From Opitutales bacterium (GTDB lineage: Bacteria; Verrucomicrobiota; Verrucomicrobiia; Opitutales; Oceanipulchritudinaceae), in assembly GCA_007133065.1 (NCBI GenBank), contig SLNJ01000019.1, positions 67,502 through 131,501 of the forward strand: a DNA stretch of 64,000 nt. The letters are read 5' to 3'. The translations under genes and the position numbers were made by a program. Position 1 is the stretch's first letter. Each line of letters begins with the position of its first letter. Below are positions 8,650 through 22,129 of the stretch, in pieces. Under the pieces are notes generated by a model that was not told the origin of the DNA, did not search any database, and worked only from the letters and a program-made list of their open reading frames with translations.

Positions 8650-9237
8650 ATGATTACCCTCGCCGTCATTCTTGTTATCCTGCTGGGTCTCGTCATCTAC
8701 GCGGTTTCCGTGTACAACGGGCTCGTGACGTTGCGCAATCGCTTCAAGAATGCCTTCGCGCAGATCGACGTGCAGTTGAAACGGCGCTACGACCTGATCC
8801 CGAACCTCGTCGAGACGGCTAAGGGGTATCTCAAGCACGAGCGCGAGACCCTGGAGGCCGTGATCCAGGCCCGCAATTCGGCCGCGCAGGCGGAGAAGGA
8901 GGTAGCGGGCGACCCGGGGGATCCCACCGCGATGAAAAAGCTGCTCGGTGCGGAGTCCGCGCTCACCGGTGCGATGGGACGCTTTTTTGCGCTCTCCGAA
9001 TCGTATCCGGATCTGAAGGCGAATCAGAACATGATGCAGCTGACCGAGGAGTTGAGCTCGACCGAAAACAAGATTGCATTCGCCCGGCAGGCGTACAACG
9101 ACGCTGTGATGACCTACAACACCAGGCGCGAGAAGATGCCCACCGCGATTTTTGCCGGCGCGATGGGATTCCAGCCGGCCGAATTGTTCGAGATCAGCGA
9201 TCCGGGCGAGCGGGAGACGGTCAAAGTCGAGTTCTGA
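8650..9237 (+). CDS. lemA: LemA family protein
   Basis: 195 aa. N-terminal TM, then YNGLVTLRNRFKNAFAQIDVQLKRRYDLIPNLVETAKGYLKHERETLEAV and SESYPDLKANQNMMQL. Confidence 0.9.
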   Translation: MITLAVILVILLGLVIYAVSVYNGLVTLRNRFKNAFAQIDVQLKRRYDLIPNLVETAKGYLKHERETLEAVIQARNSAAQAEKEVAGDPGDPTAMKKLLGAESALTGAMGRFFALSESYPDLKANQNMMQLTEELSSTENKIAFARQAYNDAVMTYNTRREKMPTAIFAGAMGFQPAELFEISDPGERETVKVEF

Positions 9238-9292
9238 TTGCGCCGGTTCTGAAGGTCGAACAGGGGTCAGGCAGCGGGACATCGTATCATCC

Positions 9293-11260
9293 ATGGATTT
9301 CTTTCGGGCACAGGAACACGCGCGTCGCCGCACGAAGCTGCTGGTTTTCTATTTCCTGTGCGCGGTGGCGGTGATGATCGCCGCGATCTATGTGGTCTGT
9401 ATTCTGCTGTTTGCGGCGGCTGGTGAATACACCGAGGCCTCCGTGGCGGCGCCCGCCGTGCGGGAGTGGTGGAATCCTGAGATCCTGCTCTGGAGCGCGC
9501 TCGCCGTGGGGTTGATCGTGGGGGGCGGATCCGCCTATAAAATCGCGGCCCTGCGATCGGGTGGCGGCGCGGTTGCGCGCTCGCTCGGCGGGCGGCAGGT
9601 CACCGGCGCGACCTCGGATCCGCTCGAGCGCCGCTTGCTCAATGTCGTCGAAGAGATGGCCATCGCCTCGGGGACCCCAATGCCCGAGGTATACGTTCTG
9701 GATGGGGAAGAGGGGATCAACGCATTTGCCGCCGGGAACAATCCGCAGGATGCGGCGGTCGCGGTGACGCGCGGAGCGCTGCAGCGTTTCAGCCGCGATG
9801 AGTTGCAAGGGGTCATCGCGCACGAGTTCGCGCACATCCTGAACGGCGATATGCGCCTGAACCTCCGGATCGCCGGGGTGATTTTCGGTCTGCTTGTGCT
9901 CAGTGTCGTCGGGCAGATCCTGCTTCGCGGCTCCCTGTACGGCGGAATGATGCGCGGTGGGGGGCGCGGGCGAGGATCGGGCGGCGCGATGGCGATCGTG
10001 CTGCTCGGGCTGGCGGTCATCGTCGTCGGGTACATTGGAACGGTATTCGGAAGGATGATCCAGGCGGCCGTTTCCCGTCAGCGTGAGTACCTTGCAGACG
10101 CCGCGGCCGTGCAGTTCACCCGCAATCCCGGCGGAATATCCGGCGCCCTGCAGCGCATCGGCGCCGCGCAGACCCGGGGACGCCTGCAGCACGGCAGCGC
10201 CTCCGGAATGGCGCATCTCTTCTTTGCAAACGCCGTGAGTGCGCGTATGAGCGGACTGCTCGCCACACATCCTCCACTCCCCAAGCGGATCCGGGCAGTC
10301 GATCCCGGGTGGGACGGAACATTCCGGGCGAAGCCGGTCGCCGGCGCGGAGCAGGAGCGGGAGGAGGATCCGGCGAAGCAGGAGCAGCCGGAACAGCAGC
10401 ATGCCGCGGTTGGGCGTCCTATGGGAGCGTTTGGCGAGGGCGGCGGCGTGCTGACCGCGGCGGTGTTGCTGGGCAGTATTGGTCAGGTCGAATCGCGCCA
10501 GCTGCTTTTTGCGCGCGCGTTTCTGGAATCCCTGCCGAATGCCCTGCGCGAGGCCGATGCCGATCCGCTCCGGGCGGAAGCGGTGATTCTCTCCCTGTTG
10601 CTGCAGGCGGATGAGGGCGTCCGGCGCACCCAGGCTTCCGCCGTTCGCCGGCTTGCCGACGAATCGCTGCGGAAGGAGCTGGACGCGATCGCGCCGCTGG
10701 TTGCGGACCGTGAGGCCTGGGAGCGGTTGCCGTTGCTCGAGCATGTGCTCCCCGCGTTGCGGGAGACGCCGCAGCACATGCTTCAGACGTTTTTCAAACT
10801 GATCGAGGAATTGATTGCTGCGGATCGCAGGGTGTCGCTCTTCGAGTTCACGCTCGAGCACCTCGCACGCCGCCGGCTCGTGCCGTGCGCGGAGCGGATC
10901 GGTGGGCCCGATCCCGCCGCTCGTCCCGGGGCGGTGTCGTGTGTGCTAAGCGCTGTGGTAGACCTGAGCGCGGAGGTCCCAGCCGACTCCAAGATGATTT
11001 TCCGGAAGGCAATCAGCGGGCTGCGGCTCGGGGACGGCCTCGATTGGAGGCCGATCCAGGACGATTCCTTCCAGCAATTGGAGACCGCGCTCAATCGGCT
11101 CGAACGGGCTCCGCTTGAATTCAAGGAGCGATTCCTCGAAGCCTGTGCCCGCGCGATCACGCACAATCGCAAGGTCAGTGTCGCAGAGGCCGAGATTTTT
11201 CGCGCCATCGTCGTCAGCCTCGACCTTTCGGTTCCGCCGGTCTGGGCTACGGAGCGTTAG
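9293..11260 (+). CDS. M48-family (HtpX-like) zinc metallopeptidase with ~300-aa C-terminal extension
   Basis: Internal ATG 9293 (MDFFRAQEHARRRTKLLVFYFLCAVAV...). TM helices and HEFAHILNGD (HExxH). Long helical C-terminal region ending KVSVAEAEIFRAIVVSLDL. Confidence 0.8.
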   Translation: MDFFRAQEHARRRTKLLVFYFLCAVAVMIAAIYVVCILLFAAAGEYTEASVAAPAVREWWNPEILLWSALAVGLIVGGGSAYKIAALRSGGGAVARSLGGRQVTGATSDPLERRLLNVVEEMAIASGTPMPEVYVLDGEEGINAFAAGNNPQDAAVAVTRGALQRFSRDELQGVIAHEFAHILNGDMRLNLRIAGVIFGLLVLSVVGQILLRGSLYGGMMRGGGRGRGSGGAMAIVLLGLAVIVVGYIGTVFGRMIQAAVSRQREYLADAAAVQFTRNPGGISGALQRIGAAQTRGRLQHGSASGMAHLFFANAVSARMSGLLATHPPLPKRIRAVDPGWDGTFRAKPVAGAEQEREEDPAKQEQPEQQHAAVGRPMGAFGEGGGVLTAAVLLGSIGQVESRQLLFARAFLESLPNALREADADPLRAEAVILSLLLQADEGVRRTQASAVRRLADESLRKELDAIAPLVADREAWERLPLLEHVLPALRETPQHMLQTFFKLIEELIAADRRVSLFEFTLEHLARRRLVPCAERIGGPDPAARPGAVSCVLSAVVDLSAEVPADSKMIFRKAISGLRLGDGLDWRPIQDDSFQQLETALNRLERAPLEFKERFLEACARAITHNRKVSVAEAEIFRAIVVSLDLSVPPVWATER

Positions 11261-12136
11261 ATGGACACGGTGTTGGAGATCCTGCGCAAGACGGAGGCGT
11301 GGTTTGCCGGGAAGGGCGTCCCCCGGCCGCGGCTCGACGCCGAGCATCTCGTGGCGCACGCGTTGGGATGCCGGAGGCTCGACCTCTACCTGCGGCATGA
11401 CATGCCCATGGAGGAGCCGGTATTGGAACGCCTCCGCGCGCTCGCGCGCCGGCGGGCTCAACGCGAACCGCTCCAGCACATCCTCGGCGAATGGGATTTT
11501 TTCAACCTGCGGTTGAAACTGGATGCGCGTGCGCTCATTCCCCGGCAGGAGACCGAGCAACTGGTTGAGGAGGTCGCGGCGCATTTCCGGAATGGGCCTC
11601 CGCATCATATCCTCGATCTGGGCACCGGTAGCGGAGCGATTATTCTGGCTCTCCTGAAGCATTGGCCGCAGGCACAGGGCACCGCGGTGGATCGCAGTGC
11701 CGATGCGCTGGCTCTGGCGCGTGAGAACGCGGACGAACATGCCGTAGGCGGCCGCGTGCGTTTTGTTCAGGGCTGCTGGATGGAACCGCTGGAGGAGGGC
11801 GTGGTGTTCGATCTTATCATCTCGAATCCACCGTACCTCACCGAGGAGGAGTGGTCGGCGGCGGAGCCGGAAGTGCGGGAGCACGATCCGCGCGGGGCGC
11901 TGGTGGCCGCCGAAGCGGGACTCGCCGACCTGCATCGGATCCTTGACGAGGCGGCCGGCCGGCTGGAGCCCGGCGGGTGGATCTACCTGGAGACCGGAAT
12001 CGATCAACACGAATCCCTGATGGACCGGGCGCGGGAATGCGGCCTGCAGGAGGCCTCGTCGTTGAAAGATTACTCCGGGCGTCCGCGGTTCTTCCGCGCG
12101 CGCCGGGGTGGGGCGTCTATCTCCGCAATGGCGTGA
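11261..12136 (+). CDS. prmC: peptide chain release factor N5-glutamine methyltransferase
   Basis: 291 aa. EPLQHILGEWDF, LDLGTGSGAI, IISNPPY. The start is directly adjacent to the upstream stop. Confidence 0.9.
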   Translation: MDTVLEILRKTEAWFAGKGVPRPRLDAEHLVAHALGCRRLDLYLRHDMPMEEPVLERLRALARRRAQREPLQHILGEWDFFNLRLKLDARALIPRQETEQLVEEVAAHFRNGPPHHILDLGTGSGAIILALLKHWPQAQGTAVDRSADALALARENADEHAVGGRVRFVQGCWMEPLEEGVVFDLIISNPPYLTEEEWSAAEPEVREHDPRGALVAAEAGLADLHRILDEAAGRLEPGGWIYLETGIDQHESLMDRARECGLQEASSLKDYSGRPRFFRARRGGASISAMA

Positions 12137-12250
12137 CATGCATCCCGGGGTTATACGGGATTGGAGGCGTGCGCATCGCAGGCGGCCTGCACACCGTGCC
12201 AGATCACGATTGCAAAGATGAAATGGAATACTCAGGTTGGCATCAGACCT

Positions 12251-13036
12251 ATGAATGCCGAATACCTGAAAGAACTCTTTTCATTGGAAAATCATGTCGC
12301 GGTCGTGATCGGGGGCACGGGCGAGCTATGCGGGGCGATGGCCGAGACCTTGGCGGCTGCCGGGGCGGAGGTCGTGATCGTCGGCCGCAGCGAGGAAAAG
12401 GCACAGGTCCGGCTTGATGCGATTTCCGCGCGAAACGGACGCGCCTGGTTCCATTCGGCCGATGTTTCCACACGGGAGAGCCTGGAGGCGTTGCTGGCGG
12501 CGGTGCTGGAGAAGTCCGGAGCGGTTGACATTCTCGTGAACGGCGCGGGCGTGAACGCACCGACCCCGTTTCTCGAGATACCGGAGGATGAGTTCGATCG
12601 GATTATGAATCTCAACTTCAAGTCGGTGATGTTGTCGTGCCAGGTTTTCGGCAAGTATCTCCTCGAGCGCGGCGCAGGCGGCAGCATTATCAACATCGGC
12701 TCTATGAGCGGAATCCTCCCGCTGTCGCGTGTGTTCACGTATTCCGCGTCGAAAGCGGCGGTGCACAATCTTTCGAAAAACCTGGCACGCGAGTGGGCGC
12801 CCCACAACATCCGTGTGAATATTCTCACGCCCGGATTTTTTCCGGCGGAGCAGAATCGACGCGTCCTCACCGAGGAGCGGGTCGCGCAGATCATGGGGCA
12901 CACGCCCATGAAACGGTTCGGGAAAGCGCAGGAGCTGGCCGGCGCGACGCTGTTGCTCGCTTCGGAGGCTGCAGGGTCGTTCATCACGGGCCACGAATTG
13001 CTGGTCGATGGCGGGTACGCTGCGATGACAATCTAA
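12251..13036 (+). CDS. SDR-family oxidoreductase (hexuronate/mannonate-type dehydrogenase likely)
   Basis: Internal ATG 12251. [16 protein letters not shown] (glycine-rich NAD motif), [15 protein letters not shown] (YxxxK). Neighbour of uxaC. Confidence 0.85.
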   Translation: MNAEYLKELFSLENHVAVVIGGTGELCGAMAETLAAAGAEVVIVGRSEEKAQVRLDAISARNGRAWFHSADVSTRESLEALLAAVLEKSGAVDILVNGAGVNAPTPFLEIPEDEFDRIMNLNFKSVMLSCQVFGKYLLERGAGGSIINIGSMSGILPLSRVFTYSASKAAVHNLSKNLAREWAPHNIRVNILTPGFFPAEQNRRVLTEERVAQIMGHTPMKRFGKAQELAGATLLLASEAAGSFITGHELLVDGGYAAMTI

Positions 13037-13074
13037 CGAGGCGGCGCATCAGACCTGGCGAGACGGCCTCCGGT

Positions 13075-13094
13075 CCAAACCGGCCCAAACCGGC
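13075..13094. repeat. tandem 10-mer CCAAACCGGC x2 inside the loop of an 8-bp inverted repeat (13066-13073 / 13104-13111)
   Basis: Read directly: GCCTCCGG tCCAAACCGGCCCAAACCGGCacgatatac CCGGAGGC, about 30 nt after the SDR stop codon. Confidence 0.85.
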
Positions 13095-13390
13095 ACGATA
13101 TACCCGGAGGCACCCCGCACGTGGAAAACCCGGCGCTTTGCGCCCCGTGAAGCGTTGTCACGCCGGAGAGCGAAGGCGAAAGCCGCAGAACCGGTATCCC
13201 GTGCGATCCGGTTCCACACGTCCGTCACGTCGGAACCCGGGCTCGGATCGGGGGCAGCGGGAGGCCGTTGCTTCGCAAGCGTGTTCCGTGGACACCAGCC
13301 GTGGCAGCGCCGTTTTCTCCCACGTATTCGGATCCTGCTCGCAAGAGACGTTTGACGTTCGGCGTTCAATTGCGCCAGAATCGCAGGGTC

Positions 13391-14809
13391 ATGTCATTCA
13401 TCCACGACGATTTCCTGCTTGAGACGGCGGTGGCGCGCCGGCTCTATCATGAGCATGCGCGCGATCTACCGATCATCGATTACCACTGTCATCTGCCTCC
13501 GGCTGATGTGGCACGCGATCGCCGATTTCACAATCTGACCGAGATCTGGCTCGAGGGTGATCACTACAAGTGGCGCCTGATGCGAGGCAACGGGGTTTCG
13601 GAGCGATTCTGTACGGGAGAGGCGTCGGACAAGGAGAAGTTTCTCGCGTTCGCGCGGACCGTGCCTGCGACGTTGAGGAACCCGATGTACCATTGGTGCC
13701 ACCTGGAGCTGAAGCGCTACTTCGGAATCGGCCGTCTGCTCGACGGGGATTCCGCCGAGAGCATCTGGGAAGAGGCGAACGCGCGCCTCGCGGATGCCGA
13801 CATGTCTGCCCATGGTATCCTCGACCGATTCCAGGTGTCGGTGGTCTGCACCACCGACGACCCTGTCGATGATCTCGCGCACCACCGCGCGATCGCCGAG
13901 TCGGGCATTGGAACCCGGGTGTACCCGACGTTTCGTCCGGACAAGGCGTTGACGGTGGACCAGCCGGAAGCATTCAACGCATGGATCGCGCGGCTCGAGG
14001 CGGTGAGCGGGGTTGATTGCACGCGCCTCGATGGTTTCCTCGATGCCCTGAAACAGCGCCACGATTTCTTCCACGAATGCGGGGGACGGCTGAGCGACCA
14101 TGGACTTGAGCATTGCTTCGCCGAGTTCCCGACCGATGCGGAGGCCGCGGCGACCTTTGATCGTGCGCGCAGCGGGGAGGCGGCTTCGGAGGATTGCATG
14201 ACGCGGTTCGCCTCGTACATGATGGCGTACTTCGGTCGCCTTGACGCGGAGAAGGGGTGGACGAAGCAGTTGCACCTGGGCGCGATGCGCAATGTGAACT
14301 CCCGCCTGTTCAAGCAGCTTGGTCCGGACGTGGGGGGCGACGCCATCGGCGATTTTCCCCAGGCCCGGAACCTGGTCCGCTATCTCGATCGCCTGGAACG
14401 GGACGGGAACCTTCCCAAGATGGTGTTCTACAACCTCAATCCGATCGATAATTACCTCTTTGCCAGTATCGCGACGTGCTTTCAGGACGGTGAGACACCG
14501 GGGAAGATCCAGTTCGGAAGCGGTTGGTGGTTCAATGACCAGATTGAGGGAATGACCTGGCAGATGAACGCGCTTTCCAACGTCGGAATGCTCAGCCGGT
14601 TTGTGGGAATGCTGACGGACAGCCGAAGCTTCCTGTCGTATTGTCGCCACGAATACTTCCGCCGCCTCTTGTGCAATATAATCGGGTCGGACATCGAACG
14701 CGGTCTGTTGCCCGACGATGATGCGCACATCGGAAATCTTGTCCGCGGCGTCTGTTACGAGAACGCGGCCGGGTTCTTCGGGTTTGAGCTGGGCGCCTAC
14801 CGGCCATGA
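13391..14809 (+). CDS. uxaC: glucuronate (uronate) isomerase
   Basis: Internal ATG 13391. MSFIHDDFLL...LPIIDYHCHLPP...WLEGDHYKWRLMR...HLGAMRN...GWWFNDQ. Confidence 0.9.
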   Translation: MSFIHDDFLLETAVARRLYHEHARDLPIIDYHCHLPPADVARDRRFHNLTEIWLEGDHYKWRLMRGNGVSERFCTGEASDKEKFLAFARTVPATLRNPMYHWCHLELKRYFGIGRLLDGDSAESIWEEANARLADADMSAHGILDRFQVSVVCTTDDPVDDLAHHRAIAESGIGTRVYPTFRPDKALTVDQPEAFNAWIARLEAVSGVDCTRLDGFLDALKQRHDFFHECGGRLSDHGLEHCFAEFPTDAEAAATFDRARSGEAASEDCMTRFASYMMAYFGRLDAEKGWTKQLHLGAMRNVNSRLFKQLGPDVGGDAIGDFPQARNLVRYLDRLERDGNLPKMVFYNLNPIDNYLFASIATCFQDGETPGKIQFGSGWWFNDQIEGMTWQMNALSNVGMLSRFVGMLTDSRSFLSYCRHEYFRRLLCNIIGSDIERGLLPDDDAHIGNLVRGVCYENAAGFFGFELGAYRP

Positions 14810-14919
14810 CGGCCGGGGGCAATGGATCGACTGACTCCTGTGGTTTCATCCGCACCCAGGATTCCGGCCGAGCGCAATCCGGGCTTGCCGAAACCGTCCG
14901 TTCTCGCTAGCCAATTGAC

Positions 14920-15633
14920 ATGCAGCTAACGGTGGTCATCCCGGTCTATGACGAAGTGCACAGCATCCGAGCGATTCTGGATCGGATGGAGACCGCGGAA
15001 TTGCCGTTGAAGGAAGTGATTGTTGTCGACGATTGTTCGAGGGACGGCACCCGGGAAATCCTGGAGGCGGAATTTGATCGTCCGCCCTTCCGCTTGTACT
15101 TTCACGAGCGCAACCAGGGCAAGGGAGCGGCGTTGCGCACGGGATTTGCTCATGCGACCGGCGAGATCATAGCGATCCAGGACGCCGATCTTGAATACGA
15201 CCCCAAGGAACTGCATCTGTTGATCCGACCGATCGTGGACGAACTCGCTGATGTGGTTTTCGGGTCCCGGTTTGCGGGCGGGCGGGCTCACCGTGTCGTC
15301 TATTTCTGGCATATGGTGGGAAATCGCTTTCTGACACTCCTCTCCAACATGCTGACGAACATTAATCTCAGTGATATGGAGACCTGCTATAAGGTCTTCC
15401 GACGAGAGATCCTGACGCAGATTAAGATCGAGGAGGACCGCTTCGGATTCGAACCCGAGATTACCGCAAAGGTCGCCGCCCTGAAATGCCGGATCTACGA
15501 GGTCGGAATTTCCTATTACGGGCGGACATACGAGGAGGGTAAGAAGATCGGATGGCGCGACGGGATCCGGGCGATCTACGCGATCCTGAAATACAACCTC
15601 TTCCGGCGCCCGAAGCTGAAGTCCGCAGCGTGA
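14920..15633 (+). CDS. family 2 glycosyltransferase (polyprenyl-phosphate sugar synthase-like)
   Basis: 237 aa. [43 protein letters not shown]. Confidence 0.85.
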   Translation: MQLTVVIPVYDEVHSIRAILDRMETAELPLKEVIVVDDCSRDGTREILEAEFDRPPFRLYFHERNQGKGAALRTGFAHATGEIIAIQDADLEYDPKELHLLIRPIVDELADVVFGSRFAGGRAHRVVYFWHMVGNRFLTLLSNMLTNINLSDMETCYKVFRREILTQIKIEEDRFGFEPEITAKVAALKCRIYEVGISYYGRTYEEGKKIGWRDGIRAIYAILKYNLFRRPKLKSAA

Positions 15634-15658
15634 CGTCCGGGTTGTTTCCGGATTGAGG

Positions 15659-15746
15659 CGAGCGCCGATACCCGATCGAATCGTATACGAAGCGCTTTGT
15701 ATTCAAGTAGATCGATTGGGGACACTGCGGGGCGGTAACGCGCTCG
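15659..15746 (+). promoter_or_regulatory. candidate structured RNA leader upstream of metH (three nested helices; weak SAH-riboswitch resemblance)
   Basis: Three nested helices: CGAGCGC (15659-65) pairs with GCGCTCG (15740-46). CCCGATCGA (15671-79) pairs with TCGATTGGG (15712-20). ATACGAA (15685-91) pairs with TTTGTAT (15696-702) around a GCGC loop. The flanks GAGGcGAGCGC and AACGCGCTC recall the SAH element as I remember it. Confidence 0.25.
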
Positions 15747-15868
15747 GGGGGATGAATGGGCCCGATCGGGCATCGGCCGCTCTATCCACTCCCTCACGCG
15801 CATTTCGGGAAAGAAGCAACTCGCCGCTTGACAACGCATCAACATATCGTGATATGATGATTGAATAT

Positions 15869-19606
<3,738 letters not shown>

Positions 19607-19654
19607 TGCACCGTTTGGCCGGGATCGATTACGGGGAGGGGTTGCGGTTGCAGG

Positions 19655-22129
19655 CTAATCCTCGTCCGACACCGACCGTGGAACCGCGCCGCCGGGGGTG
19701 ACCATGGTCGGGTACTGGTAGAGTGAGCCCGGTTCAACGGTGCGGAACTGCTGACGCATGGGAGAGCCGCCGGGGCTGACGAGATTGGCGGTCACGAAGA
19801 TCAACAGATTGCGTTTCTGGGATGATTCACCCTCGCTGCGAAAGATGCGGCCGAGCAGTGGGATGTCGCCGAGCACCGGCACTTTATCCTGCACGGAGAC
19901 AGCCTGTTCGCGGGTGAGTCCTCCCATGACGACCGTGGCGCCGTCCCAGATGGTGACCTCCGTGCGGATCCGTCGCACTGAGAAAATTGGCTGGAAAAAT
20001 CCACTGGGGACCGTGACGGTCCGGTTTGAGGCGATGGCGACGCTCGGTCCACCGTAGTCGACAAATCCTTCGAACTCGGTGACCTGTGGTTCGAGAAGGA
20101 GGCTGATGGCATTGTCGTCTTCGACCGTGGGGGTAACCTCCATTTCCACGCCTACGTTGCGCACCGTGAAGTCGAGGGGCGTTCCCGAGGTAATGGCGAC
20201 GCCCGCGCTCCCTGCACCCGAGTCGCCGCGGCCGACCTGCGCCTGCATGTCGGTGAAATTTCTGGGATAGCGCATCTCCTGCGCCACGACGATCTGGGCG
20301 GTTTTGCCGGAGAGAACGGTGATTCTCGGGGCGCTCATCAAATCGCTCCCCTGTTTTCTGGAGAGGGCGCGGAACAGCAGTTCGATGTCGGCTCCGCCGA
20401 GGATGCCCATGATCCCTCCGAGGTCCTCCGCGCCGGTTCCGAGCGGGAGGGTGCGGGGGATCGCCGGCGCGCTGATAGGCATCGTTACACGCCCGAGCGG
20501 TCCCACCTCGCCCGGCGGCCCGGTGATCTCCAGGCTGCCTGTGTGTGTCTCCGCGCCGAATGTATCTTCCAGCGAGCGGTGATCGGTCTGAAACCTTCCC
20601 CGGTGGTAGCGCTCGGGCCGGCCGTCAGGCCGTGTAATCGGCAGGCCATCCTCGTCGAGGATCGGTCGCCCTCCGGCGCCGACGATCCATTGGAATCCCA
20701 GTTCCTCCAATTCGCTCTGCTGGACCTCGAGGAACCGCGACTCGATTTCGACCTGTTTAACCTCGGAGTAGCGGCGGAGGATGTTGCGGACCCGTTCCAT
20801 ATTGCGCGCGCTCTGGGTGACGATGATCTGGCCGTCGGCGAGGGCGAGATTGGCTCCCGGGACGGTGTCAAAAGGAACGCCGGCCCGTTGGAGGAAATTC
20901 TTCATGGCGGTTTCCTCTTCGGACGAAGCGATCGACTGTTTCGGTTGTGCCGGCTCTGGAGCGAAGGGATCGGCCGGGGGCGCGATAGAGTCCCCAATTG
21001 CTCCCGCACCGGTCAACCGGATGATCGTGGATCGCGTGATGGGGAAGAAGTCGGTTTCCAGTCGCGTCCGTTCACCGGCACCGCGGCGAACGACGACGAC
21101 GTCGCTTTGCGCTTCGTATTCAAATCCCACGGACTCTACGATGAAATCGAGGACGCGATCCAGAGTCAGCCGGCGGAGCGTGATGGTGACGCCGGGATCG
21201 CTATCATCGGGGGCGATCAGGACCATATTGATTCCCATACCCTCGGGGTCGTATTCCTCTGAGAGTAGCGAGAGTGTGTCGATCACGTGGCTCAGGGATA
21301 CGTCGGCAAAGCTGACGTGCGGAATGGCGATGCGTGTCAGGCGATCGCGAAGATCGTGGTCCTCGGGTGCCGCCGGTTCGGCGGTGGTGCGGTCAAAGAC
21401 CCGTGGGCGCTGCCACGCCCGGGCGACCTCGGTGAGCAGCTCCTGTTTTGTCCGTTCGCGATCGTGGATTCCCTCCTGCATGCGTCGTTTCGCGATCTCG
21501 ATTTGGTGAGCGCGTGCCTCGGCGTTGTGTGGGCTCTCTGCCTCGACCTGGTTGAAGGTTTCCTGAGCCGCATCGAGGTCACCGGCGGCGAGTTGTGCGC
21601 GCCCGATGTCGAGAAGGTCACTGATGCGCTCCTGTTTGGCGTAAAATAGTTCGAGGTAGTCGGGAGGCTTCTGCGGGGTCTGGCCGGCCGCTTCGGGCTC
21701 AGTCGGAGCGGAGCGCGGCGCCGGGGGATCGGGTGCGCTCCGGGTATCGGCGTCGACGGGAACCGGTTTCGCCGGCGATGCATCCGCTGCGAGTGTCGTT
21801 GCCTGTCTTTCGATTTCCGCGACAACTGCTTCGTGAAGGCGTTGGACTCCGGGATCTTCCGGAGCGTTCGCTATGAGGGCTTCGAGCAGGATGCGGGCGC
21901 GTTCGAGATCGCCGTCGCTCCGCGCTCGCAGGGCTCCCGCCATCAGATCGATCTTATCGCGGGCTGCGAGATTCCCCGTCGCGGTCTCCGGCGAACCCGG
22001 CGATGCTGTGGTCGCCAGGATTGTGATCATCAGGAGCACGTACGATCGCGCGGTTGTGGCGATTGGTTTCCGGGGATGCAGTCTTTGCAGCCGGAGATAG
22101 GGCGGGAGGTTTTGCCGGGGGATCATCAT
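19655..22129 (-). CDS. type II/III secretion system secretin family protein (PilQ/GspD-like) with N-terminal TPR-like helices
   Basis: C-terminal secretin signature (VPVLGDIPLLGRIFRSEGESSQKRNLLIFVTANLV) and N0/N1-like repeats. ATG 22129 overlaps the upstream stop (ATGATGA). Confidence 0.85.
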   Translation of the reverse strand: MMIPRQNLPPYLRLQRLHPRKPIATTARSYVLLMITILATTASPGSPETATGNLAARDKIDLMAGALRARSDGDLERARILLEALIANAPEDPGVQRLHEAVVAEIERQATTLAADASPAKPVPVDADTRSAPDPPAPRSAPTEPEAAGQTPQKPPDYLELFYAKQERISDLLDIGRAQLAAGDLDAAQETFNQVEAESPHNAEARAHQIEIAKRRMQEGIHDRERTKQELLTEVARAWQRPRVFDRTTAEPAAPEDHDLRDRLTRIAIPHVSFADVSLSHVIDTLSLLSEEYDPEGMGINMVLIAPDDSDPGVTITLRRLTLDRVLDFIVESVGFEYEAQSDVVVVRRGAGERTRLETDFFPITRSTIIRLTGAGAIGDSIAPPADPFAPEPAQPKQSIASSEEETAMKNFLQRAGVPFDTVPGANLALADGQIIVTQSARNMERVRNILRRYSEVKQVEIESRFLEVQQSELEELGFQWIVGAGGRPILDEDGLPITRPDGRPERYHRGRFQTDHRSLEDTFGAETHTGSLEITGPPGEVGPLGRVTMPISAPAIPRTLPLGTGAEDLGGIMGILGGADIELLFRALSRKQGSDLMSAPRITVLSGKTAQIVVAQEMRYPRNFTDMQAQVGRGDSGAGSAGVAITSGTPLDFTVRNVGVEMEVTPTVEDDNAISLLLEPQVTEFEGFVDYGGPSVAIASNRTVTVPSGFFQPIFSVRRIRTEVTIWDGATVVMGGLTREQAVSVQDKVPVLGDIPLLGRIFRSEGESSQKRNLLIFVTANLVSPGGSPMRQQFRTVEPGSLYQYPTMVTPGGAVPRSVSDED

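Noticed and set aside
15828-15858. Candidate metH promoter TTGACA ... TGaTATGAT (extended -10)
   Set aside because: The spacer is 19 nt, which is long. It would make metH essentially leaderless from ATG 15869, and it conflicts with the structured-leader hypothesis. I kept it only as an alternative to be tested by 5'-RACE.
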